The position numbers and the translations under genes are program-made. A stretch of 64,000 nucleotides of DNA from an uncultured Flavobacteriales bacterium (GTDB lineage: Bacteria > Bacteroidota > Bacteroidia > Flavobacteriales_D > Sanyastnellaceae), in the NCBI GenBank assembly GCA_913041135.1, contig CAJWIF010000002.1, forward strand, positions 741 through 64,740, given 5' to 3'. The notes below the pieces were generated by a model. It was not told the origin of the DNA. It ran no database searches and was given only the letters and a program-made list of their open reading frames with translations. Below, piece after piece: positions 48,942-58,494 of the stretch; the stretch's first letter is position 1; every line of letters begins with the position of its first letter.

Positions 48942-49946
48942 TCAGAAAATGGGGCAAGGCATGTAACGAGGCAATTGCGGCTTGTTGCGCCGGATCGTTT
49001 GCCACGTGGCACTGAGTACGATTTCGTGACTTCCTCCTGTTGTTGCCAATCCGAGGCTACTGAGGGTCATGTCATAGCTGTAACCAATCTTCCAATTGTC
49101 TGTACCATACCCAAGGATGATGCTGACAGCGTCAACATCCGTACCTCCTTCAATGGTATGCCCGAATGGAAGCCCTTGGTACCAAAGTCCGATACTCAAT
49201 GGCTGAGTGTCATAGTAGATTCCGAGGTCCATTTGATTGAATTGATCTTGGGCCATGTAGTTGAATGCAACGACCATGTCTCCAAAGTTCTTATTGTGAA
49301 CAGGGTCAACGAGTGCCATGCGGAATCCTCCGTGTACAGAAACACGGACATCCATCGGGTCGATGTAGGTCGGGTTCAAACTTTCATTGGGTGTGTTCAA
49401 GTGATCAAATGAGCATCCCAACCACGTCTTCTTTCCGAGAAGGAGCACGCCAGTGCCGAAATCAAAGTAATTCTGAGTAACGCTTGGTCGGTCTTCGATG
49501 GAAGAAACCTGGGGGCCTCGAATCAGCTGATCACCGAAAGTCAATTGGTGCATATTGATGGAGCGGTTACCAATTCCTGCTTGCAAAGCAGGACGCAAAC
49601 GCCATCCATTTCCAAGAGGAACTTCGTAGGCATACTGCATGGCAAAACGCGTGGTGTTCAACCCGCCAGCGCCAGCTTCCTCTTGTGAGAAAAGGATGCC
49701 GAATCCGCTATTCAACTCGCGATTGAACCAATCGTGAGCGACATGCCAACCGACGTAAGAGCCGGGCATACTTGCCCATTGATTGCGGTATACGCTTACC
49801 AAACGAGCGCGGTCCAAAGAACCCGCGAAGGCCGGATTGACTGACGTAGGAATCGCATTGTATTGGGTAAAGCGCAAATCTTGAGCTTGGCTTTCAACTG
49901 CGAACAATCCGCCCAGAAGGGCCCCGATGATGAGAATGCGTTTCAT
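48942..49946 (-). CDS. T9SS membrane protein, PorP/SprF family
   Basis: Signal peptide from ATG 49946 (MKRILIIGALLGG). RFTQYNAIPTSVNPAFAGS is the family hallmark. Beta-barrel-like, ending in ...PCPIF. It lies immediately downstream of a cargo with a type B tail. Confidence 0.8.
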   Translation of the reverse strand: MKRILIIGALLGGLFAVESQAQDLRFTQYNAIPTSVNPAFAGSLDRARLVSVYRNQWASMPGSYVGWHVAHDWFNRELNSGFGILFSQEEAGAGGLNTTRFAMQYAYEVPLGNGWRLRPALQAGIGNRSINMHQLTFGDQLIRGPQVSSIEDRPSVTQNYFDFGTGVLLLGKKTWLGCSFDHLNTPNESLNPTYIDPMDVRVSVHGGFRMALVDPVHNKNFGDMVVAFNYMAQDQFNQMDLGIYYDTQPLSIGLWYQGLPFGHTIEGGTDVDAVSIILGYGTDNWKIGYSYDMTLSSLGLATTGGSHEIVLSATWQTIRRNKPQLPRYMPCPIF

Positions 49947-49984
49947 AGCAATGGTTTTCAAATTATAGGTCATAGGAAATGGGT

Positions 49985-52900
49985 TCATTGGATGATGAGT
50001 GTCACGTCACCGGCTTTTGTAACGCGGTGACCGTTGCTAAACTGGGCTGTTGCCCTCCATGCATACACGTCTTGACGTGCGATGCGGCCTTGGAAGTATC
50101 CATCCCACCCGATGTATGGATCGGTTGAGCGGAAGATGAGCTCTCCCCACTTGTTGAATACGACCATTTCGTATTGGACGATTCCCAAGTGATGAGGGTG
50201 AAAAACATCGTTGTCTAGACTTGCTGGATCGTATCCACCACCATTAGATCCTCCGTTGTTCGGGGTAAATCCAGTAGGGAATTCCATAAAGCCGCCACTT
50301 GTCGCTTCAATGGCCTGTTCCATAATGAACGTGCTAGGGCAATTGAAGACATTGTTTGCAGTCAATGAAACATCGTACTGTCCAGGCTCAGTGTACGTGT
50401 AGATTGGATTCGCCTCCGTACTGACCATTCCGTCGCCGAAAGTCCACAGAAACTCCGTGGCATCCTCATCAGAGAGATTGATGAATTCAACCGGCTGATC
50501 TGGAGCGACCACCTGAGAAGGACTGAAGACAAAGGCTGCAGTAGCCGTTGGGAAAACCTCGACAGTCGCATAATGAATGGCTTCATGCTCCTGTCCTTCA
50601 AAGCCGATAGCGGTCAATGAAACATTGTAAACTCCAGGACGTGTGTACACATGAACAGGAGATTCTTCAGAGGTCATGTAGTCATCACCAAAGTCCCAAA
50701 CATATCCTGCTCCGTGGTTGGAAAGGTTGTCAAATGCGACCAAAAGAGGAGCGCATCCAGCACCGCTTCCTGTGAAGTTAGCAACCGGGTTGGGAGATAG
50801 GATTTGAACCTGCTCTGTTTGCGCATCTGCGCAAAACCCGTTGTCAACAAGCAAGGTGATGTTGTAGGTCCCCCAGGTGTTGTAGGTATGGAAAATCGGT
50901 TGCTCTCCTGCCAATTCAGCACCATCACCGAAGCTCCAGTATTGAACAGCAGCATCAGAGGATAGGCTCATATTGTTGATCCCAACGGTAGCATTCGGGT
51001 ACGTCTGTGTTACCGGTGTTACGGAAAATTCTGCATGGGGCATGGGATAAACATGCACGCCAACGGAAACCGTGTCGATACAACCGTATGCAGACTGGGC
51101 AATCAACTGAACCTCGAAGGTCATGTCTTCATTCGTGGTGTTCACGAAGGAGTGATTGGGCTGAAATTCGTTCGATGGGATGGAACCATCATCGAAGCTC
51201 CAGCTGTAAGATGCGGCTCCTTCAGATTGGTTGATCAACTGTGCGTTTACAGGAGAACATCCCGCGCTTACAGCGTCGAATGCGGCATTCAAATGCGGTG
51301 CAACATCAAAGCTGACCATCGCTTCCGTTGCACATCCATGTGCATTGGTTGCCGTGAGGACCGTTTCATATGTGATGAGCTCTTGCGTTGGATTGAAGAA
51401 CACCTTGCTATGCAGGCTATCATTGGTCGCGGAAGTTTCTCCGTTGCCATAAGCCCAAGTGTTCATGGTTTGTCCTTCGCTGGTGTTTTCAAACGTGACT
51501 TCAACAGGGTAGCAACCCTCCAAATTGTTCAAGCTCAACTGTGCGGTAGGTGTTCCCCAAACAACAACATCAACACTAGCGGTATCCGAACATCCGTCTT
51601 CGCTTTGAGCCACCAATGTGACGACGTACGTCGAATCCGTGTTGCTTTGGCTATTGAAGAGGTGCTCAGGAGCGTTTGCGCTGGACGTGTTTCCATCTCC
51701 GAACATCCACAGCTGATTGCCGTTGGCGTTGATGGAGGTGTTGCCCAATTGAACAAGCGCTGGAGTGCACGCTGCTTCCGGCGTTTCAATCGCAGCAGTG
51801 ACCTTCGGGTGAACCGTATGGGCTACCGTTGCCGTTGCTGAACAACCGAAATCAGTGAAAATGTCCTGTGTTAATAGAACGGTCACATCGGTATCGCTAT
51901 CATTCGAATACGCGACGGTTACGCTCGTCAAATCAGAATTGATCAACGTTGTGCCATTGCCAAGGTTCAGTACCACGCTGTCTGCGAAAGCAGAGGTGTT
52001 GGACACCACAACTTCCGTTTCTGCACAGGAGGCATCCAGATCAACGGACAAGCCAGTCAATGGAGCCGGGTGAACAGTGATATCAAAGTTTGACTGATCA
52101 GAACAACCGTTTTCACTCATGATGGCTAGTGAAACCGTGTAATTGACATCGGTTCCCATCTCACCTTCATACGTTGCAGCAGCCAAGGCTCCTGTGGCTT
52201 CAGTATCATTGCCCAAATCCCACTGGATTGTTTCCTGTTCGCCCCCGATGTACTCGAGATTGGTTTCAAAGGGAGCACATCCTTCAACGGATCCTACCCA
52301 CGCTGCGAAAACGCTAGGGAATACGGTCACAGAGTCCAGTTTCAGATCGCTGCAACCCAACGCATGCGTTGCTGTCAATCCGACTGTGTAGGTCATTAGG
52401 GTGGCTTCAGTCAGATACGTGTAATCGTGATCTGATGTATTGCCAAAGGAGTTTTCGTGGCCATCCCCGTAGTCCCAACCAAAGAAGTCGGCACGAATGC
52501 TTTCATTCGAGAAGATGACGTCAAAAGGAGCACACCCTTCGTCCAAATTCATGGAAAAGGCAGCAATAGGCTGCGGCTTGACCTCAATGGCCGTGCTCGC
52601 TTGGTTTACACATCCATATGCGTTCGCTCCCTGAAATTGAATCGTATGGTTCTCAAGGATGTCCGAATTATTGAACCAACTGTGCGTAGGGGTCGATTCG
52701 TTGGACATCGTACCATCACCGAAAGACCAAAAAGTCGTTTCGGCATTTTCCATTACTGGCATGGTCGCTTCATATGGCGAACAGGCTTCCGCAAACTCTA
52801 AGTCCAAAATATAGACTGGAGTTGGCAGTACATTGATCTGTGCTGTGCGCTCATCTGTGCAACCCAAGGCATCAATGGCAATCAAAGTAACTGTGTATGT

Positions 52901-55900
52901 GGTCGGTTCACCGCTGGTTTGATACGTCCCCTCAAAATCAGAAGCGCTGACCATGCTCTCAGGAGCTTGACCGTTTCCAAGGCTCCAAACGTAGCTATCG
53001 GCACCTTCACTCGTATTACTAAAGATGGTGTTGAGAGGCTCACATCCGCTGTCAACATTCATGTCAAAAGCAGCAATCGGTTGTGGCTTCACGTGCACCA
53101 TGGAAGAAGCCGTTCCGAAGCATCCGTCTGCTGTTTGTCCCTCGAAAGAAACCAAAGCAGAAAGCAATTCATCGGAGTTGTTTGCCCAGGTGTGGGTAGG
53201 GTTGATCTCGTCGGAAGATGTTCCGTCCCCGAAGTTCCATGTGATGTCCTGCGCACCTTCAATGGTTGGCATGGTGATCACGAGTGGAGAACACACGGAA
53301 TCCATAGCGAGCTGCAAGTTGAAGTCAGCTGCAGGGAATACGGTTACCGTTTCAGTCGTTGTATCCGCACAACCCAATGCGTCTGTCGCGGTCAATGTCA
53401 CGGTGTAGTTCGCTGTTTCGCTAGCGGTTTGGAATGCGTGATTCACATCGCCGTTGGCTTGCGCCTCTTCCGAACCGTCACCGAAGTTCCACGTGTAGAC
53501 ATCCCCGTTGGTGCTGTTGTTGTTGAACAGGGCATCAAAAGGAGCACATCCACCGTTGGCAGAAGCCAATGTGATCTGAGCAACCGGTTGTGGCTTCACG
53601 TGTACCATGGCAGAAGCTGTTCCGAAGCATCCATCTGCCGTTTGTCCCTCGAAAGAAACCAAAGTAGAAAGCAATTCGTCGGAGTTGTTGGACCAGGTGT
53701 GGGTTGGATTGATCTCGTTAGAAGATGTTCCGTCCCCGAAGTTCCACGTGATGTCTTGCGCGCCTTCAATGGTTGGCATGGTGATCACGAGTGGTGAACA
53801 CACAGAATCCACAGCGAGCTGCAAGTTGAAGTCAGCAGTGGGAAATACGGTTACCGTTTCTGTCGTGGTATCCGCACAACCCAATGCGTCCGTCGCTGTC
53901 AAGGTCACGGTGTAGTTGGCTGTTTCGCTTCCGGTTTGGAATGCGTGATTCACATCGCCGTTGGTTTGCGCCTCTTCCGATCCATCACCGAAGTTCCATG
54001 TGTAGACATCCCCGTTGATGCTGTTGTTGTTGAATAGGGCGTCAAAAGGAGCACATCCACCGTTGGCAGAAGCCAATGTGATCTCAGCAACCGGTTGTGG
54101 CTTCACGTGCACGGTTTGTTCATGTGTATCGCTACAACCAAAAGCAGAAGTTCCAGAGAACACGACTGTGGAAGCAAGCAATTCGCCTGTTTCATTAGCG
54201 ATAAGCATATGGGGCTGTGCTTCATTCGATGTTTCTCCGTTTCCGAAGTCCCAGTTGAATGTAGAAGCACTAAAGATCGTGGGCATGATTAGCTCGAGCG
54301 GGCTGCACACAGAGTCCGTTGAGAGACTAAAGGAAAAGTCGGCTTCTGGAAAAACCTCCATCATAACCGATATGGTATCATGACAACCATTGCTTGCGTT
54401 GGCAATCAAATCCAAAGAACTGGATTGCAAAAAAGCGGAGGTGTTCTCAAACGTATGATTGAGATTGGTTGCATTGCCTGCGGCCGCGCCATCGATGAAC
54501 CACTCGTAAGAGGAGGCCCCTGCAGATTGGTTGTTGATCAAAGGCGTGAATGGTGCACAGGCCGATTCATCGCTGATCGAGAATGTGGCAACGGCCGGGG
54601 CATGCGCGATAACGCTCAAGCTCTCGGTAGCGGTGCATCCATGCTCAGAAGTAGCTGTTACGGAAAGGGCATGCGCGGAATCGTTTCCAATGGCTGTGAT
54701 GAAATCGTAAGTCACTTGCTCGCCTATGGCCGTGTTGCCATTGCCAAAGTTCCATGAATACGTTGCGTTCAATGTTCCAGAGGCCTCTAGGTTGACCGAT
54801 AAAGGCGAACATCCCTCCATCAAGTCAGCGGTTGCCGCAATTGTTGGAATGGCGTGAGCAGACAAGGTGTCGATGAAAGTCGAAGTGCATTCAGGTGTGT
54901 TGACGGTCAATGAAACCTGGTAGTCACCTGCTAAAGCATAGTCGATGCTCGGGTTGGAGAGAAAGCTCGTTTGGCCATCACCAAATTGCCAGTACCATCC
55001 AGTGATATCCGTTCCCCATTGAATGGTAGACGTGTCGAAAAAGTTGGAAGGGTCTCCAATGCATACGGCTTCAACATCAAACCCAACAACGGGCTCCGGA
55101 TGAATGGTTACCGTTTCTTGAAGGGATGTATGACATCCGTTGCTGCTCGTGACTTCCAATGAAATGGGGTAAGTTCCAGGACCATTCAAATCGACGGCAT
55201 CCAATGTGTTTCCCACATGAAAATAAGGAGATACACCAAAAGACCAAACGTATTGAAATGCATTTGCCGATACCGCTTCGGCGGTAATTTGAGCTTCTCC
55301 GCACGCTTCGATTTCTGACAAAACGATCTCCGCATCAGGACGTTCAAGGACATTTACCGTGACGCTCGACGTATCGGAACACGCAGCTTCCGTGTTGTCG
55401 TAAAGAACAACGCTCTGAACTTCATACACTCCAGGGTTCTGAAATGTAAAACTCACATTGCCTGTCGCTGTGGACAGAAATACGGGATTCACACCGAAAT
55501 TCCACTTGTATTGAATGCCAGGTCCGCTCGTTTCTTGGTGAAATTGAACAGCCGTTCCCTGACAAATGACGTTTGAGGTGCTCCAGAAATCGCTTACGGG
55601 GGCACCGGCATAATACAGTCCCTCAACAGTACACGATCCGTCTGCCTCAGACAGCGTAACCTCATAATGAGGGTTGCCCGCTACATAGGGGTGGGCTAGT
55701 GTAGAATCTCCCGATTCAAAGGCTCCAATGGTTTGTATTGGGCTGCCGTCTCCCCAGTCGACGACCAAATTGCTCCATGAAGAAGCGGTTTCAATGGCCA
55801 AGATGTTTAAATCATCTGTGCAATTGTACCAAACGGGATTGCTGGTGATTTCCCCAGCAGAACCCAATACCTGCGGGCATTGAGCCAATGTCAGTTGAGG

Positions 55901-55951
55901 TGCTGTAAAGCACATCAAGAACATGAATGAGATGAAAATTGAGCGGATCAT
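49985..55951 (-). CDS. giant PKD-repeat cell-surface protein with gliding-motility-associated (type B) T9SS C-terminal domain
   Basis: 1988 aa with a signal peptide. About twenty PKD-like repeats (recurring WNFGDG / WSFGDG / YTVTLTA motifs). The C-terminal FPTGFTPNNGGSNG...FNKWGELIF...GWDG...YAW... matches the CHU_C/type B sorting domain. Confidence 0.85.
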   Translation of the reverse strand: MIRSIFISFMFLMCFTAPQLTLAQCPQVLGSAGEITSNPVWYNCTDDLNILAIETASSWSNLVVDWGDGSPIQTIGAFESGDSTLAHPYVAGNPHYEVTLSEADGSCTVEGLYYAGAPVSDFWSTSNVICQGTAVQFHQETSGPGIQYKWNFGVNPVFLSTATGNVSFTFQNPGVYEVQSVVLYDNTEAACSDTSSVTVNVLERPDAEIVLSEIEACGEAQITAEAVSANAFQYVWSFGVSPYFHVGNTLDAVDLNGPGTYPISLEVTSSNGCHTSLQETVTIHPEPVVGFDVEAVCIGDPSNFFDTSTIQWGTDITGWYWQFGDGQTSFLSNPSIDYALAGDYQVSLTVNTPECTSTFIDTLSAHAIPTIAATADLMEGCSPLSVNLEASGTLNATYSWNFGNGNTAIGEQVTYDFITAIGNDSAHALSVTATSEHGCTATESLSVIAHAPAVATFSISDESACAPFTPLINNQSAGASSYEWFIDGAAAGNATNLNHTFENTSAFLQSSSLDLIANASNGCHDTISVMMEVFPEADFSFSLSTDSVCSPLELIMPTIFSASTFNWDFGNGETSNEAQPHMLIANETGELLASTVVFSGTSAFGCSDTHEQTVHVKPQPVAEITLASANGGCAPFDALFNNNSINGDVYTWNFGDGSEEAQTNGDVNHAFQTGSETANYTVTLTATDALGCADTTTETVTVFPTADFNLQLAVDSVCSPLVITMPTIEGAQDITWNFGDGTSSNEINPTHTWSNNSDELLSTLVSFEGQTADGCFGTASAMVHVKPQPVAQITLASANGGCAPFDALFNNNSTNGDVYTWNFGDGSEEAQANGDVNHAFQTASETANYTVTLTATDALGCADTTTETVTVFPAADFNLQLAMDSVCSPLVITMPTIEGAQDITWNFGDGTSSDEINPTHTWANNSDELLSALVSFEGQTADGCFGTASSMVHVKPQPIAAFDMNVDSGCEPLNTIFSNTSEGADSYVWSLGNGQAPESMVSASDFEGTYQTSGEPTTYTVTLIAIDALGCTDERTAQINVLPTPVYILDLEFAEACSPYEATMPVMENAETTFWSFGDGTMSNESTPTHSWFNNSDILENHTIQFQGANAYGCVNQASTAIEVKPQPIAAFSMNLDEGCAPFDVIFSNESIRADFFGWDYGDGHENSFGNTSDHDYTYLTEATLMTYTVGLTATHALGCSDLKLDSVTVFPSVFAAWVGSVEGCAPFETNLEYIGGEQETIQWDLGNDTEATGALAAATYEGEMGTDVNYTVSLAIMSENGCSDQSNFDITVHPAPLTGLSVDLDASCAETEVVVSNTSAFADSVVLNLGNGTTLINSDLTSVTVAYSNDSDTDVTVLLTQDIFTDFGCSATATVAHTVHPKVTAAIETPEAACTPALVQLGNTSINANGNQLWMFGDGNTSSANAPEHLFNSQSNTDSTYVVTLVAQSEDGCSDTASVDVVVWGTPTAQLSLNNLEGCYPVEVTFENTSEGQTMNTWAYGNGETSATNDSLHSKVFFNPTQELITYETVLTATNAHGCATEAMVSFDVAPHLNAAFDAVSAGCSPVNAQLINQSEGAASYSWSFDDGSIPSNEFQPNHSFVNTTNEDMTFEVQLIAQSAYGCIDTVSVGVHVYPMPHAEFSVTPVTQTYPNATVGINNMSLSSDAAVQYWSFGDGAELAGEQPIFHTYNTWGTYNITLLVDNGFCADAQTEQVQILSPNPVANFTGSGAGCAPLLVAFDNLSNHGAGYVWDFGDDYMTSEESPVHVYTRPGVYNVSLTAIGFEGQEHEAIHYATVEVFPTATAAFVFSPSQVVAPDQPVEFINLSDEDATEFLWTFGDGMVSTEANPIYTYTEPGQYDVSLTANNVFNCPSTFIMEQAIEATSGGFMEFPTGFTPNNGGSNGGGYDPASLDNDVFHPHHLGIVQYEMVVFNKWGELIFRSTDPYIGWDGYFQGRIARQDVYAWRATAQFSNGHRVTKAGDVTLIIQ
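53079..54112 (-). repeat. tandem 507-bp (169-codon) in-frame duplication inside the PKD-repeat gene
   Basis: The motif ggttgtggcttcacgtg[c/t]ac recurs at 53079, 53586 and 54093 (spacing exactly 507). Units 53079-53585 and 53586-54092 align without indels. I count 39 nucleotide and 10 amino-acid differences by hand. Confidence 0.9.
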
Positions 55952-55996
55952 ACCGCTTTTTACGCAGAAGAACCCGTGGGGTTACAGAAAACGAGG

Positions 55997-56500
55997 TTAT
56001 TTTTTGCCTCCTCCCGCCTCTAGGATTTTTTGAACCATGCTGGACACCGCTGGGCAAACGTGCGCATTTTCTTCTGTAATCGCCAAGATGCCAGACATCT
56101 GTTTTCGGTCGGTGTGAGGATATTCGACACATGCTTGTGGACGGACGTCATAAATGGTGCAAGAGTTGGTCCCTTCATCCAAAAAAGAGCAGGGGGACTT
56201 TTGCAAAACCCAATCCCCTTCATCATCCATTTTCAAATACTTACGACTGAATGCACCGATTTTCATCCGAAGGGACTTGGAAATCCGTTCGATGTCCCGC
56301 ACTTTGAATATAGGACTCGTTGTTCTGCAGCAATGGGCGCAATCCAGACAATCCACTTCTTCAAAGACTTCATCGTGCCGCTCATGAAAGATAGCGTCCA
56401 AGTCACGAGGGGGTTTGCGCATCCAACGCGCGAACAGCGCATGAACCTTCCAGCGGTATTTTTTGGACCAAGCAAGCTGCTCCTCGAGTTCTAACTTCAA
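55997..56500 (-). CDS. YkgJ-family cysteine-cluster (zinc/iron-chelating) protein
   Basis: VDCLDCAHCCRT plus a later PCSFL...NSCTIYDVRPQACVEYPHT fit the CxxCxxCC YkgJ/UPF0153 pattern. The TTG start overlaps the upstream stop (TTGA); the first ATG would be 56422. Confidence 0.7.
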   Translation of the reverse strand: MKLELEEQLAWSKKYRWKVHALFARWMRKPPRDLDAIFHERHDEVFEEVDCLDCAHCCRTTSPIFKVRDIERISKSLRMKIGAFSRKYLKMDDEGDWVLQKSPCSFLDEGTNSCTIYDVRPQACVEYPHTDRKQMSGILAITEENAHVCPAVSSMVQKILEAGGGKK

Positions 56501-57627
56501 TGTGGATCTTGGAATTGACTAGCCGCTATGAATGACGTATCCGTCAGAGTTTCAAGAAAAGCCAGAAGATGAGTTTTTTGAACAGGACTGAGAGCGAGTC
56601 CCCCGGTGGTATATTTCATAAAGGGGTCTATCGTTGACGAAGGTACGCCTCCTGTATTGTAGTGGTCCAAGACTTCTTCCAGTGTAGTGAAACGGCCATC
56701 ATGCATGTAAGGCGCTGTCAGTGAGACGTTTCGTAAGGTTGGCGTTTTGAACCGACCTGAATCCAAAGGCATTCCGGTAACACCAGCAAGACCAGCATCA
56801 TTCACAAACGTGCTGTCCAGGCCATTGTTTCGGAATAAATAGTCACTGAACTGCAGTCCGGCTTCACCATGGCAATGAAAGCAGTCCCCTCCAAACTGAC
56901 CGCCTGGAGTGGTTTCTGGATCGCCGCCTTCACGCAGGAAAATCTCATACCCTGCAAACTCCTCATCACTCAACGACGTTTCGCCTCTCCTCCACTGATC
57001 GAATTTGGAATCGGCTGAGATCATCGTTCGCAAGAATTGAGCGATGGCCTTTGTGGTCAATTCGGAGTTGATTTCATCTGTTCCAAAGGCTTTGAGGAAC
57101 AGGTTTGGATAATCGACTGGCTCAGTGGAAGCTTGTAATTGCGCGACGGCGTCGGGCCAAGGCATCGCCATTTCATCGGGATGGGAAACCGGTTCGAGAA
57201 TCTGCTCTTCTAGTGAAGCCCCCCGGCCGTCCCAAAAATAGTTGGAGGCCCAGCCGATGTTGATCAAAGCCATGGCGTTTCGAAGTCCCTGAGCGCCTGT
57301 TATGCCTGTGCTGTATGGGCTCGGGTCGGAAAACCCATGCTCAGGAAGATGGCAGCTGCCGCAACTCATGCTTCCGTCCTGTGAAAGGGACTTCTCCCAA
57401 AAAAGCATCCGCCCTAGATGCACGCCTTCCACGGTCAACGGGTTGTCCGCGGGAATGTCCATCGGAGGAAAAAATGGAGGAATCTCAAGCACATATGGTG
57501 TGGCCGCTGGATTGCAGTCCGCCCCTTCGCACTCGGCTTCTTGACAGCGTTCACAACTTGTCAAGCAGGCCAACACAAGGATCCAGAGAATCCACGTTTG
57601 TTGATGTGGTTGTCGAGAACGCATCAT
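56497..57627 (-). CDS. dihaem cytochrome c peroxidase family protein (MauG/MbnH-like) lipoprotein
   Basis: Two CxxCH motifs (CGSCH, CFHCH). TPTLRNVSLTAPYMHDGRFTTLEEVLDHYN is typical of the CCP/MauG family. Lipobox LTSC is followed by a Cys-rich stretch CERCQEAECEGADC. ATG 57627 overlaps the upstream stop. Confidence 0.8.
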   Translation of the reverse strand: MMRSRQPHQQTWILWILVLACLTSCERCQEAECEGADCNPAATPYVLEIPPFFPPMDIPADNPLTVEGVHLGRMLFWEKSLSQDGSMSCGSCHLPEHGFSDPSPYSTGITGAQGLRNAMALINIGWASNYFWDGRGASLEEQILEPVSHPDEMAMPWPDAVAQLQASTEPVDYPNLFLKAFGTDEINSELTTKAIAQFLRTMISADSKFDQWRRGETSLSDEEFAGYEIFLREGGDPETTPGGQFGGDCFHCHGEAGLQFSDYLFRNNGLDSTFVNDAGLAGVTGMPLDSGRFKTPTLRNVSLTAPYMHDGRFTTLEEVLDHYNTGGVPSSTIDPFMKYTTGGLALSPVQKTHLLAFLETLTDTSFIAASQFQDPH

Positions 57628-58394
57628 CGCAAGGACCACGCGTCGTCCATGAGATCCATGATGCGGCCGCCTAAGGTTGTGCCGGATGCGTTGTGCGTTA
57701 CCGGATCTGCAACAATGTCAATGCTATCGGCTGCACCAACCAATGACAAAGCGGCATCGAACACCAGTTCTTGAACCGTGAGTTCTCTCGATTGGATGAG
57801 GAGAGGCTCTTCAAATTCAAGCATGACCGAGCGGAAACTGCTATCCGTTCCGCAATGGTAGGACAGCGGCTCGAGGAGCGGTTGTCCGGGTTCCGCGGCG
57901 AACTTCCCTTCATATTTGACGAAAACATAGCCTGAAGACCAGGTCCAGAACATGCCGGCCGATCCGGGAACGCTCAGGGGATGGTCATTGGGATAGGAGG
58001 CGGGGTCCATGTCCGTATTGATTTCTGACGGGAGGCCAACGCCAAATCGTATGGCGTCGTAAACACCTGCTGGGACAGGCGCCAAAATGTGCGGTTTGAG
58101 CACGCTAAAATCTAGCAACGCGACATCGCCGATGAATTCCCATTCACCGTTTTCGGCGCGCAGTTCCATCTCGGAGATGTACATCTGCAGATTGTCCAGA
58201 CGTAGTGTGTGGCCGAGATGATCCACATTCGCGTCTCCAAGTTCTGTCACCATGGCGTTCCACTCGAGTTGAGCGTCCAGGCGAAACGTTCCAGGAATGG
58301 GGTCATTGTTCCACCACCACCGTTGAGTACAGCCTTGGCCCAGAAGAAAACACAGCGCGATCAATGCATAAACATGGCGCTGGTTTTTTTTCAT
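57624..58394 (-). CDS. MbnP-like putative copper-binding lipoprotein
   Basis: Lipobox LLGQGC from ATG 58394. LQMYISEMELR, GVYDAIRFGVGLP, GMFWTWSSGYVFVKYEG and YHCGTD resemble the MbnP family as I recall it. It lies directly upstream of, and is coupled to, a MauG/MbnH-like peroxidase, the canonical MbnP context. Confidence 0.55.
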   Translation of the reverse strand: MKKNQRHVYALIALCFLLGQGCTQRWWWNNDPIPGTFRLDAQLEWNAMVTELGDANVDHLGHTLRLDNLQMYISEMELRAENGEWEFIGDVALLDFSVLKPHILAPVPAGVYDAIRFGVGLPSEINTDMDPASYPNDHPLSVPGSAGMFWTWSSGYVFVKYEGKFAAEPGQPLLEPLSYHCGTDSSFRSVMLEFEEPLLIQSRELTVQELVFDAALSLVGAADSIDIVADPVTHNASGTTLGGRIMDLMDDAWSLR

Positions 58395-58494
58395 TGTTAA
58401 TCGCTTGAAATTCATTTCCTCGAAGTTGACATCCAAGTTTAAGACACCTAATTTGGCAAGATGTTGCACAACCCCTTCAATTTCTAAAGAAAAA

